Part shown: piece after piece, positions 1-10,773 of the stretch
Layout: the number at the start of each line of letters is the position of its first letter
Numbering within the stretch: the first letter of the stretch is position 1
From: Coniocarpon cinnabarinum
Taxonomy: Eukaryota
Assembly: GCA_051942205.1 (NCBI GenBank)
Contig: JAVECO010000056.1
Span: 62,001 to 122,143 of the forward strand
Length of the DNA: 60,143 bases
Reading direction: 5' to 3'
Notes under the pieces: model-generated
Database searches by the model: none
Seen by the model: the letters and a program-made list of their open reading frames with translations, nothing else
Told to the model about the DNA's origin: nothing
Made by a program: the position numbers and the translations under genes

Positions 1-253
1 TCTCCATGAGGTGCTCGAAGCAATAGATGAGACCTCCGTTTGGCCCCAGGCCCTCTTCCTCCATCACATCGTCGACCGATATAATATCCCTGATGTCGAC
101 ATCCGGCTCGTACGGGAAGTCTTCGGCTGCTGGATCAAGATTGACATACACACAAGAGCGCTTGCAATGACGAAGGTGTTGAATCAAGGCGCTACAGAAG
201 GTACTCTTGCCCGCCCCAGCTGGGCCCATCACCATACAGCCGAACTTGCTCAT
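1..253 (-). CDS. GPN3: GPN-loop GTPase 3 (5' part; runs off the window edge)
   Basis: Manual minus-strand translation from ATG at 253: MSKFGCMVMGPAGAGKSTFC...YVNLDPAAE...LGPNGGLIYCFE. It contains a P-loop, the NLDPA motif and the GPN motif. It is missing from the ORF track because it is truncated. Confidence 0.93.
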   Translation of the reverse strand, partial: MSKFGCMVMGPAGAGKSTFCSALIQHLRHCKRSCVYVNLDPAAEDFPYEPDVDIRDIISVDDVMEEEGLGPNGGLIYCFEHLME

Positions 254-687
254 GATGAGTGTGCTCAGGTCTTATCGTATCATGGATTAGATGCTTGGAT
301 TCTGCGAGTTTGAGATAGTCACTCCAGATTTATGAATTGATGAACTTGCAGAGCAGTTGCCGTCGACTGTGGTGCCTTGAACGCAGTGCTTGCTGAGGCT
401 TTTGGATTTCGATGGCTAGACTTCGTTGAATCGTAGGAGTGTATCTGCGTTGGCTCTTCTCTGTAAAGCTGGCCTTCTCGGTATTGGCTGTTCACCAACA
501 CTTGCGACGCACGTGCCGTAGTCAGCGAATGACGGGCTGGCCTTGGGACTCAGGTTTACCCCAGCTCACCCCAGGGTCTGTGGAACCCTAATTACCTAAG
601 CACCCAAAGCTACCCCGAGATGCGGGAATAGGCAACCCCTCCAGACCCGCAAGTCCGCAAAGCCGGGGTCGGGAGCCGATACGGCGA

Positions 688-697
688 ATGGCATCAT
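688..697. promoter_or_regulatory. Candidate CYS-3/MetR (sulfur bZIP) binding site
   Basis: ATGGCATCAT matches the Neurospora CYS-3 consensus ATGRYRYCAT and lies about 270 bp upstream of the SAM synthetase ATG. Confidence 0.4.
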
Positions 698-966
698 CCC
701 TCAGCTTCAACCACAAATTCTTAATACCTCCATCCACCCTCCTCCCTCGCGTCCTCTGTTCTTGTTTCGATAGCCACTGTCCATAAACCCCCTACGCTCA
801 CGTACTCTCATCAGACTCGCCTGCATCTCCCGTCTCCTCGAGCTTCTTTCCCTCACCAACTGAAAAAGACCGATACTGTGCCCCGCCAAAGCACATTCTG
901 CACCCGTTGAGCTGTTCGCTTGACCGTGATCTTCTCATTTCTTGTCCTTTCACGCACACAAACATC

Positions 967-2318
967 ATGGCTGGCATAGTAAACGGCGTCAATGGCGCTG
1001 GCCCTGCTCACTCCTCTGGCACGTTCCTCTTCACCTCAGAATCAGTCGGCGAGGGTCACCCCGACAAGATCTGGTAAGAGCTCGTGCCTGCCTTGCAGTC
1101 TCACACGTAGCTGATTCAAGATCATGACAGCGATCAAGTATCCGACGCCATCCTGGATGCCTGTCTTAAGGAGGACCCGCTGTCCAAGGTCGCCTGCGAG
1201 ACGGCCACCAAGACCGGTATGATCATGGTCTTTGGTGAGATCTCCACCGCGGCGCGAATAGACTACCAGTCTGTCATCCGCAATGCCATCAAGGACATTG
1301 GCTACGACTCCTCGGAAAAGGGCTTCGACTACAAGACCTGCAACGTCATGGTTGCGATCGAGCAGCAGTCCAAGGAAATCGCAGAGGGCGTGCACGTCGA
1401 GAAGGCCCTTGAGAACCTCGGTGCTGGTGACCAGGGTATCATGTTTGGCTATGCGTCCGACGAGACACCCGAGATGCTGCCCCTTACCATTCAGCTGTCA
1501 CACAAGCTCAACAGCGCGCTCAAGGCCGCCCGACACGATGGCAGCATGCCATGGGTCAGACCGGACACGAAGACGCAAGTCACCGTGGAGTACAAGCACG
1601 ACGGTGGTGCGGTCGTGCCCGTGCGAGTCGACACTGTTGTCATCTCTGCACAGACCGACGACACCCTTACCATCGAACAGATCCGAAAAGGCTTGAAGGA
1701 GCTCATCCAGAGAGTCATCCCTAAGCAGTATCTCGACGACCGAACTGTCTACCACGTGAGTCCTGACTTCCATCATCTCCTAGCACAGCAGCTTCACGTC
1801 ACGTAGCACCGAATGGCTGTCACGCATCGTGCAGCTCCAGTTGAGCTTACGTCCCACAGATGCAACCTTCCGGCAAGTTCACCATCGGCGGCCCACAAGG
1901 TGACGCCGGTGTTACCGGCCGCAAAATCATTGTCGACACCTACGGCGGCTGGGGCGCCCACGGCGGTGGTGCCTTCTCCGGCAAAGACTACAGTAAGGTC
2001 GACCGCAGCGCCGCCTACCTTGCCCGCTGGATTGCCAAGTCACTCGTGGCCGCCAAGCTGGCCCGGCGCTGCCTCGTCCAACTCTCCTACGCCATTGGTG
2101 TAGCCGAACCCCTCTCCATCTTTGTGGAGAGCTACGGCACCAGCAGCAAGAGCAGCGACGAGCTCGTGCGCATCATTCGTCAGAACTTCGATCTCCGACC
2201 CGGTGTCATTGTTAAGGAGTTGAACCTGACTAACCCGATTTACTGCAGCACTGCGAAGAACGGGCATTTCACTGACCCCAAGTTCACATGGGAGCAGCCG
2301 AAGACTCTGAAGTTGTAG
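967..2318 (+). CDS. SAM2: S-adenosylmethionine synthetase (methionine adenosyltransferase), 3 exons, ~396 aa
   Basis: Motifs [27 protein letters not shown] and GGGAFSGKD. Exons 967-1073, 1131-1755 and 1860-2318 with GT..AG introns sum to 1191 nt (in frame). Confidence 0.97.
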
Positions 2319-2999
2319 AGGCCTGTAATGAGGATGGAGGGCCTGAAGAGAGGTTGTGGATGTCGGCGAGAGTCAGCTGACATATTGCATCGGCGGCGTT
2401 ATTGACGGGAAAAAGTGTCTATGCATTATGAGCTCAACCATTAAGCTTCAGAGGGGAGCGTGAAGGGGTGTATGTGTGTCATTTCAACAAGATACCCGCG
2501 GTCTTTTGACCGGCATTTGGTGGTTGCGCTGGCTTTACATGGCCTCCGCAACGGGAGACGGAAGAGGGATAGAGATAATGGCTGCTCATCACAGCCGGGA
2601 TATTGGATGGACGGCAGCGAGCTTCAACAATCTCGCTCCGTCTCGTCCTGTGATAGAGACGTCACTGGTGCGTAGATTCTAGAGTACATAGAGTCTGGGT
2701 CACCTGCTGCAGTGCTTGCAGATCACTAAGCACGAACTTGGCTACGCAACACTGCGTCAGCCATCAAGCCTTGAACCGTTTTCTTCGAGACGACAATATG
2801 GCTTCCATAAACGTGTGCATCTGTATTCATACATATCTCGAGATCTTGCTCGTCTAATCGGTACCTGCCCGTACAAGCTCATAGTCTAAACATAACCCAG
2901 AAACCTCTATTGACCGCCTTCTTCACCGCTTTGTGATAAATGTCCAAATATCACACCCCTAAATCAATCAAATAGTCCTCTCACACTAACGTCTAGATC

Positions 3000-3965
3000 T
3001 CACGTCCCAGCCCCAGCACCAAGCCCCATCCTAACACCGTTCCACTCCGGCCACAAACGCTTCAAGCGCTCATATCCCTTCTTAACGTCTCCACTCGCGC
3101 CCAGAGGCGCAGTCATAATCGCGGGTCCTGGAAGCGTCGGCGCATTGCCCCTTCCGCCACTACTCGCCGTAATGGCCCAAGCCATCAGCGCCTGACTTGC
3201 TCTTAACGCCGCCTGGTGTTCCGTCGTGCGCGGACTCTGTGCGGACGCTGCAGCGGCGCTCGCTGGATCGGCGGCTGCGATCTCGGGATGGGTCTTCCGG
3301 CGGGTGAGGATGAGGGTTTGGAGCGATTCTTGGAGGAGGGCGTTGAGTTCCAACACGGCGGTGAGGCGCTCGGATTCGCGCTCTTTTTCTTGGGAGGTTT
3401 GAGGAGGGATGTACGGGGGGTAGGTGGGTTGTTTTTGGTGCTGTGGGAGGTATTGCTGGGATTGCTGCTGAGATTGGGGTTGAATATGCTGCTGCTGCTG
3501 CTGCTGTTGCTGTTGCTGTTGCTGTTGTGATAGTTGTTGTGGGGGAGGTTGCGGCTGTTGTTGTGACTGTGGTTGAGGAGACGGCCCAGGCTGCTGCGAC
3601 GAAGGCGGCAGTTGCTGCGGTCCGGGTTGAGGCGTTGACTGCTGAAACGGAGGAAACTGGCCTGATTGGGGCGTCAGTGCCGATGGAAAGTTCGCGGATT
3701 GTGGGGTCAGTGAGAAATGCTGGGATTGAGGCGTCCAGGCCTGAGGACCAGGCCCTGAGACTGCTCCGTGGGCGAGGTGTTGCGATTGCTGCATGAGATG
3801 TTCCTGTGCTGGGGGAGGTGGTTGGAGGTGGGCTGGGAGATGACTGGGTGGTCCTTGTTGCTGTTGAGGCGTCGAAGCGGGAGGGAGGAAGGGCTGGTGT
3901 GGTGGCGTGGGTTGGGACCTCGTCGGATCTGGGTAGAAATGTCGGGCGTAGGTTTGTTGGTCCAT
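3000..3965 (-). CDS. Gln/Pro-rich low-complexity protein with a C-terminal helical domain; possibly SS18/Snf11 (SSXT)-like
   Basis: 321-aa ATG ORF with a polyQ tract. The C-terminus ERLTAVLELNALLQE...PGPAIMTAP...YERLKRLWP resembles fungal glutamine-rich SSXT-like proteins. The gene call is firm; the family call is tentative. Confidence 0.7.
   Translation of the reverse strand: MDQQTYARHFYPDPTRSQPTPPHQPFLPPASTPQQQQGPPSHLPAHLQPPPPAQEHLMQQSQHLAHGAVSGPGPQAWTPQSQHFSLTPQSANFPSALTPQSGQFPPFQQSTPQPGPQQLPPSSQQPGPSPQPQSQQQPQPPPQQLSQQQQQQQQQQQQQHIQPQSQQQSQQYLPQHQKQPTYPPYIPPQTSQEKERESERLTAVLELNALLQESLQTLILTRRKTHPEIAAADPASAAAASAQSPRTTEHQAALRASQALMAWAITASSGGRGNAPTLPGPAIMTAPLGASGDVKKGYERLKRLWPEWNGVRMGLGAGAGT
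3488..3528 (-). repeat. CAG/CAA trinucleotide repeat encoding polyglutamine
   Basis: (TGC/TGT)n on the + strand, inside the Q-rich ORF. Confidence 0.9.
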
Positions 3966-4526
3966 TGTTTGATGTGTAGTCGAGGGTCTGATACAGCGGA
4001 TGGTGTGCGCAGTGTAGATGAAACGGTCAGAGCGCGGCGCGGGCGAGCTCGTCAGATCCTGCTGGTGTCGTCGCTGAAATGAAGTGAAGCTGGGGTATAT
4101 CCCACGCGCACCAGCTCAAAGTAAGAATATGAATGGTACAACAGCGCTTTGCGGCGCTCTCAACGCCGCAGTCATCTCGGCGCAGCTCGACTGATACAAC
4201 GAGGGATCTGCACCACACGGTCTGGACTGAATCGATGCGCAGAGAAGGATATCGATGGGGCGGCGAACGATAATGGTATTCGCGGACGTTATCGTCGCGG
4301 GCGCTAATGGACGCTGCCGAAACGACCCATGTGTTGGCGTCCTTGCCCCTGCTTCTGCGGCAGTCTCTTCCTGAGCACCAGCAGCGACCTCGACTCTTCT
4401 TGGCTGATGCTCATTGGGTTGCTTGATACTCATCACCATCGCATTGGCTCGCAGCTTCATTGCGTTAGCTCACAGCTGCGTCGCATCATATTTTCTCAGC
4501 ATTTGTCACTCTGCGTACCACTCGTC

Positions 4527-6908
4527 ATGTCCTCACGCGGACGTGGCTTTGGTGGCCGTGGTTTTGGCGGTCGTGGCAATCGGGGATCTGCTTTTGCTCG
4601 CGGCTCGGGCCACAACGATGGTGGTAGGGGACGTGGAAAGCGTCCTGCTCCAGGCGATGATTTCGATGATTCCGCCATCTCGGCTGATTGGAATGGCTTG
4701 GGTCACGTGCTCAGTGCCATTGATGGCTCTGGCTATGGAGCCTACAAGCGCTTGTTACAGCGGACATTTACTCACGAGACTGGCTTCCGCATGGTGATAC
4801 GATACGTGCAAGGAGACCCTTATGCTACACCCAGCCGTATTGGCGTGGTCATGGATTTGGACAAGACTGGACTATCGACGACGATGGAAAGGTAAGCTAC
4901 TTTACTTGTTTACCCCAGCTCAGCTAATCCGGGAGATCAAAGACCTGAGCGTGTCGCCACGGCTGACTACAATACTCGCTTAGCAGCTTCATTCATCAAC
5001 AAGCACGGCCTTGACGATAACGTAGCCGGCCAAGGGGGTTGGTCAGGACCAAAGGGAGGCGCACTGAACATTAATGCGCCTGGTCAGGAGATACTTGCAA
5101 GGACCAGCTGCGTCATCAACAACGCGGCTAACACTATTGAACTGCGTTTAACAGTCGTGCTCCCTGCTCAAGGCAGGACGATCCTGGGCGACAAGGCCTG
5201 GAGCATTTTCAAACAGGGCGTTCCTGCTCTCGTGGCTCATTGCTTGTCGGTGGATCGAACTCATCAGCATGGTAGGAGCGGTCTCCTGGACTTCTTGTCC
5301 TCAATCCACTAACGCACTACGCAGCTGGACTACAGAAACATGTACAGACCTTTCTGGATCAAGAGCACATGCGTGGACAGCTTGAGGCCCATGGACTGGT
5401 TGCATTTATCGCCAATGGCTCTATCTTGCCACGTCAATCCGGGGCCTCATCTCTACCAATGGCTTCAAAGGATATTGTCAAATTCCAAGCACCCGCATCA
5501 TCGTCCGAGACTTCGAAGTCTCTTCGCGTTGAGCTGAATAAAGCAGACAGCAGTCCAGTGATCGGCATGGGTGTCAAGAAGTAAGTCTAACCAGGCTGTA
5601 TTGCTGGTGTGCAGTCCTGATCGACGATGTGTTTGCAGAGGTGTGACTGTTCTTACTGGCGGTGGTAAGTTCTGACTTCCTTCTCATGATGTTAAAGACC
5701 CACAGACTTCCGTCACTGTCTTTCGGGGCCATATCCAATAGGCACTGAGCGGCACTCAGGTGAAAGCTGCAAAAAAACGCTGCAAAAGAACGCTGCAATT
5801 CTATTATAGATAGGACTTTGTCGCCAGACTGACCAATGTCTTGCAGGATTCCATGGCAAATCCACGCTTCTTGCAGCCATTCAGCAGGGCGTATACAACC
5901 ACATCCCGGGCGACGGCCGCGAATACGTCGTCAGTGACCCGACAGCCTTCAAGGTCCGCGCAGAGGATGGACGCAGCGTAACATCCTTGAACATCTCGCC
6001 ATTTGTCAGCACGCTACCCGGCGGCAAGAGCACCAAGACTTTCAATACTTCAAATGCAAGTGGATCAACGAGCATGGCTGCCAACATCCAAGAAGCTTTA
6101 GAGATAGGTATGTGAGCTTTGTCTAAGGACTTTCCTCAATGCACCTTGATCCATCGAAGTGGCCACTACATACTATTCTGACGAAGATTTCTGGCTAACG
6201 CATCATAACACAGGCACCAAACTCCTCCTCATCGACGAAGACACCGCCGCCACGAATCTTCTCCTCCGCGACGAACGCATGGCCTCCCTCATAGACGCCG
6301 AACCAATCACGCCCTTCGTGTCCAAAGTACGTGCCCTCTACCAGCGTCAACATATCTCCACTCTCATCGTCGTAGGCGGCTGCGGTGACTACCTCTCTGC
6401 AGCCGACCACGTAATCGGCATGCAGGATTTCCTACCACGGGACCTCACTTCCCGCGCACAAGAGGTAGTTGCCTCACATCCGAGGCTTGTGCAAACTCTA
6501 GACATATACGGAGACGTGCCCTCGCGCGTTGTCGCGCTTGAACAGGCATTAGTTGGAGCAATGCCGCCTGCTGTCCGCGGCCGCTCATTCATCAAGTTGC
6601 AAAGTGGTAGTAAAAGTCTAGTTAAGAATCCAGCAGAGGAAGAGAGCGGGATCGAGCTCGATGCTGTGGAACAGCTTGTAGAGCGGGGTCAGCTGAGGCT
6701 CATCGCTGAGGTGTTGTTTGACCTTGCGGCGGCGGGATCTTCAAGGAACTTGAAGGATGTGGTGCTCGAAATGGAGAAGACGGTGACTTCTGATGGCTTG
6801 GATGGTTTGGTGAAGAATAGTGAATTGTGGGGGGATCTGGTGGAGTGTCGCCGGTTTGAGGTCGCTGCTGCGGTCAATAGGGTGAGAGGGTTGAAGGTTG
6901 CCGTGTAG
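4527..6908 (+). CDS. Predicted ABC-class ATPase (PF09818 / MRB1590-like), 6 exons, ~643 aa, RGG-rich N-terminus
   Basis: Exons 4527-4891, 4943-5271, 5325-5580, 5639-5664, 5847-6107 and 6214-6908 total 1932 nt (in frame). Family motifs: IDGSGYGAYK, VQGDPYATPSR, PGQEILARTS, AFIANGSILPR, Walker A GGGFHGKST (split by an intron), YNHIPGDGRE, ASGSTS, Walker B LLIDED, EPITPF. Confidence 0.9.
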
Positions 6909-7703
6909 AGAGTGATGGTGTGTACGTTAAATAAAACAGACTTTGGTCTTTGTTTCAATCCATAGACCTGATCATTTGTATCCAGACTTTTATTCCGTGC
7001 CTAATTCTGGGGCCTGAGTAACTGAAAAGGGCTGATGTCCTCGCAGTATCTGGGCGTCTTGTCCATACCCCGTTCAGCATCCCACATTCCACGCTGCTAT
7101 GCGCTTACTACTGCTGTTGGTTAAGAATCTGAATGTCTACAAGCACACCAATTTCAAGACAGTTCAACAAATATTTCTGCCTGCGGTCTCTTTCGGATCT
7201 GAGTTCTTGGTCACGTGACTTTCTCACTTTGGTCATTCGTGGGTTTCAGAGCATCAAGAGCAAGTATGAGCATGAATCTGAATGCGGAGCACAATTTGAC
7301 ACGCTGAGAAGAGGATGATATATCATTGTAGCTGCTTAGCTGCCTATCTGAGGGACTTATTGGGGCAATTTCAAGGAATCAAAGTACTGTGGGCTGATGA
7401 TCGTATTTGGATCTGACTTGTGCATCAAATATCTCACAACAAACAGCTAAAACGCGGACGAGAATGAAATGCAAACTTCACGCAGAAAAGGAGCAGATTG
7501 GCAATCCAGAGTTTGCATTGTCCAATTCACAGCAGTTGGATGCTGCAGGTAGAATTTGTATATCATCGGGACAATGACTTCTTTGCAGCGTCGTTGTGAT
7601 ATTGGATTCCTTCATGCTCCTTGCAGTATGCCCGAACAGCTTCTTCAAGCGCCACAACTAATGGCGGCAGGTGAATGATGTTCGCTGTGACTTAGGAAGG
7701 CAT

Positions 7704-8155
7704 CTAAACATGAACCTGCTCATGCTGTCCCTCCACAATAGCCATTAATTCGGCCAGCCAATGATGAATAGTCAAAATCACATGGCCTCCCGCAGCTTCG
7801 AGGCCCTCCAGAGCTGCTATAGCTCCAATGATGCTTGTAAGAAGCAACTTAATTCGATTGCGATAAGATCCAGCAAGATCGGAGTAGTAAACAGCATCTC
7901 TTGTTATTAAGGCGGGCATTCGCTGCTGGCTCAATGGTACGTGAAGGTTTACCTCCAATGCACTAGATTCAATTAGTCAGAACAAAGCTGATGAACCTAA
8001 GCGAATACGTACTGGAACCACCACTCGATGTGGAAGACGCCTACTGGGCGACGTTCGCGCTGCTCTTCGCGATTGTGGGCGTTCAGGCGTGCCATGATTG
8101 CATTGAGAAAGGTATCTCGCACGGTTGCGAGGTTTGGCGGCAGGTCGTCGTCCAT
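7704..8155 (-). CDS. Hypothetical two-exon orphan protein, ~133 aa
   Basis: A 50-nt intron at 8012-7963 (GTACGT donor, ACTAAT branch, TAG acceptor) joins ORF 7997-8209 (from MDDDL) in frame to ORF 7704-7958. Total 402 nt. Confidence 0.5.
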
Positions 8156-8716
8156 GGCGAATTGCAGACTGCGCGGTCCTTGCTGTTGGTAGCTCGTTCG
8201 GTGCGCCAAAACGTGATGTGTGCGGGTGAAAAATTTTCGCCCGGCGGATAATGTTCAAAGTGGCAGTACTCGGAGATTACCCTATGACAAAAACAAGGCA
8301 GGGCGGCTGATAGTGGGGTTCATGCTGGATTTCGCCACCTTCACTTACCCAAACATACATTCTCTCCTCGCTCTCTGCACATCCCCGTCATTGTGCACTT
8401 GCTTTACAGTATCAACAGTATTCTGAATCACTACATGAAGGTCCTGGTACTACAGAGCTCAGCGCCATGAATTCAAATTTCGAAGCCGAAGCACAAAGCG
8501 CGGCGCGTGCTCGGGCAATCCACGGGGTAAGCATTTCTTGCCCGGTCGATCTGCTTCGCTTCGGCATTTGCAAAGATTAGCGGGCTCGCTGACTGGTATT
8601 AGCAATGCGAATGGTTCACCTACATTCTGGACGCTGAACACCACAACTACTTCTTCAAATGGGAAATTCTCTGCTCGTACGAAATGTCTATAAATCGAAA
8701 GCTCCAGCAACATAGC

Positions 8717-9188
8717 ATGACGCTGGCCGAGAGGTCGTACTTTGAAGAGGAGGCTGATAGCGCCAGAGAAAGAGTAGACGATTATTGTGATGAGGATCGA
8801 GTAAGTGACTGTCGCTGTTGCTATGATGGCAAGACATATGATCCTGCTAGCTGAGCATCAACTTGCTAACTAGTTTCTCTAGGACGCTCCGAGTATGGTT
8901 CTTCGCCGAGTTCTCCCATTGTACGAGAGCTTGCCGGGTTATGGATCTGACGATTTAAAGAGGGCGGGCGTTCGAGCCCAGCTAATCTTCGAGATAGCGC
9001 GCCGCCTCAAGGAAGGTGATGTCCTTGACATCCACGAGGCATGGTACGTCCTCCACTTCCCAACGAGCTGGTGGGAGAGCGGAGCTCCCACTAAGGGCTT
9101 CGAGCTCGATGACCTGATAAAGAGGCTGCGCGGGTGGCATGTTGAAGATCGCAGCTACTGTGACAGATCGATAGTAACCCGTATATGA
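8717..9188 (+). CDS. Hypothetical two-exon orphan protein, ~129 aa
   Basis: Exon 8717-8800 (MTLAERSYFEEE...). Intron 8801-8882 (GTAAGT, GCTAAC, TAG). Exon 8883-9188 is in frame with ORF 8895-9188. Confidence 0.6.
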
Positions 9189-9642
9189 ACTGAGTGGCGT
9201 TATGCCATCCTCTGCATTCTGTTATAAGCGCTGGTCTTCTCCTGCTGACGCTGTCTCGTCCGTGCATCCCAAGCTCACCGCCAATGTCGATTCAATATTG
9301 ACAAGGATGATCATGCACCCTGCCCAAATATGAGCACAGACCAGTCCAGCCGTGAGACTGTCCAATGACGCGGCGCCCTCACACACACGGCACGGCGCGC
9401 TGATGACGACTTCGACTTAGCCATGGCTGACGGCAGCAGCGGTACACTAATGACTAAGTTTCCTTTGCAGCTCGACTTCATCTCTCGAAAGACTTCATGC
9501 CATCTTGTTGCAGCGTGTTGGTGCTATGGGCGCTTCTATGGCTCTGAAAGGCGCAGCGACGTAAACACTGACAGCTCCCATGTCACTCAAGACGCCTGGC
9601 ATAACCAAATGTACACGGCCCCTCCGTGCTTTCATATAAGCT

Positions 9643-10773
9643 ATGGCCACTGAATCCAATCAGAAACATCCAGCAAATACAGCATCCACTGTCAAAGCAG
9701 CGAAGCCGATTAGGAGGTTCTTCGACCCGTGGAACTCCAGCTCTACTGGTCATCAACGAGCTGAAAATCGTCCAGCCGGGAGCACATCATGGCGCGAGAG
9801 TCGCACTCGGAAGCTCCGGTCGCAGTTCAATGACAGCACGGGAGGTGGTGGATCCCGCCTAGCAGATACTGTGGGAGCAGGCAGCGAGGGTTTCGGTCGG
9901 GATGGGCGGACTGAAAGTGGTGGGTGGGTGAAAGGGGCTCCTGGATTACGTTCAGCTGCTCAGCCGAGTATACAGGAGAGCGTAAAGCTGAGGGGTGAAG
10001 CGAGGTTGTCTCCTGATGGCTCTCCGCTACCAAAGCGCCGCAGAATCGAGGCAAGCATTGAGCATGCATCTGAACCTCAAGAGATCAAGCAAACTATGAA
10101 GAACGCAGCAATCATTAATCATGCTCTTCCTGACCCTATTGTTCAAAAGCATGCAACGTCTCAACATCGTGACCAGTCCCACACATACGAACCGAGCTCG
10201 CAAGGGAAGCATCAAGCACCTGAAACGACGCCTAGTCAGAATAAATTGAGCCAGCACTCGAGTCTCCTTTCATCCGCGTCCACTGTGACAACAGATGCTG
10301 GTTACTCTCCAATGACAAACCAGTCAGCTCGCCGCACGAACCTTGGTAGGCAGCTTCGTCGAAGATCGCCACAAACTCCTCTGCTCGCGAAGCCAATCTT
10401 CAGAGGCCTAAACTTCTACATCAATGGCAGTACGTACCCAACTATCTCAGACCATAAACTCAAGCAACTCATAGCTCAACACGGCGGCTCGGTTTCACTT
10501 GGACTTGCGCGACGGACGGTGACCCATGTCATCGTTGGTGAGCTCAGTCGCAATGGCGGCGCTGGAGGCGGCCTCGCGGCTAGCAAGATTCAAAAAGAAG
10601 CAGCTCTCGGAAGCAAAGGCGAAGGAGTGAAATACATCAAAGCGGATTGGGTCGTTGAATGTGTACGCCGTATGAAACGAGTGTCAGAATCCGACTTCCA
10701 AGCTGAAGGTATGGGCACAGGCGGTGCGCGCCAGCGTAGCGTCCTTGGAATGATGAAGAGCCATGAAAGATGA
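9643..10773 (+). CDS. BRCT domain-containing protein (single C-terminal Rev1-like BRCT)
   Basis: 376-aa ORF. BRCT pattern IFRGLNFYING...LKQLIAQHGG...VTHVIV...YIKADWVVEC. N-terminal block FDPWNSSSTGHQRAENR. Confidence 0.85.
   Translation: MATESNQKHPANTASTVKAAKPIRRFFDPWNSSSTGHQRAENRPAGSTSWRESRTRKLRSQFNDSTGGGGSRLADTVGAGSEGFGRDGRTESGGWVKGAPGLRSAAQPSIQESVKLRGEARLSPDGSPLPKRRRIEASIEHASEPQEIKQTMKNAAIINHALPDPIVQKHATSQHRDQSHTYEPSSQGKHQAPETTPSQNKLSQHSSLLSSASTVTTDAGYSPMTNQSARRTNLGRQLRRRSPQTPLLAKPIFRGLNFYINGSTYPTISDHKLKQLIAQHGGSVSLGLARRTVTHVIVGELSRNGGAGGGLAASKIQKEAALGSKGEGVKYIKADWVVECVRRMKRVSESDFQAEGMGTGGARQRSVLGMMKSHER

Noticed and set aside
11..313. 100-aa plus-strand ORF
   Set aside because: Antisense shadow of GPN3, which has clear family motifs on the minus strand.
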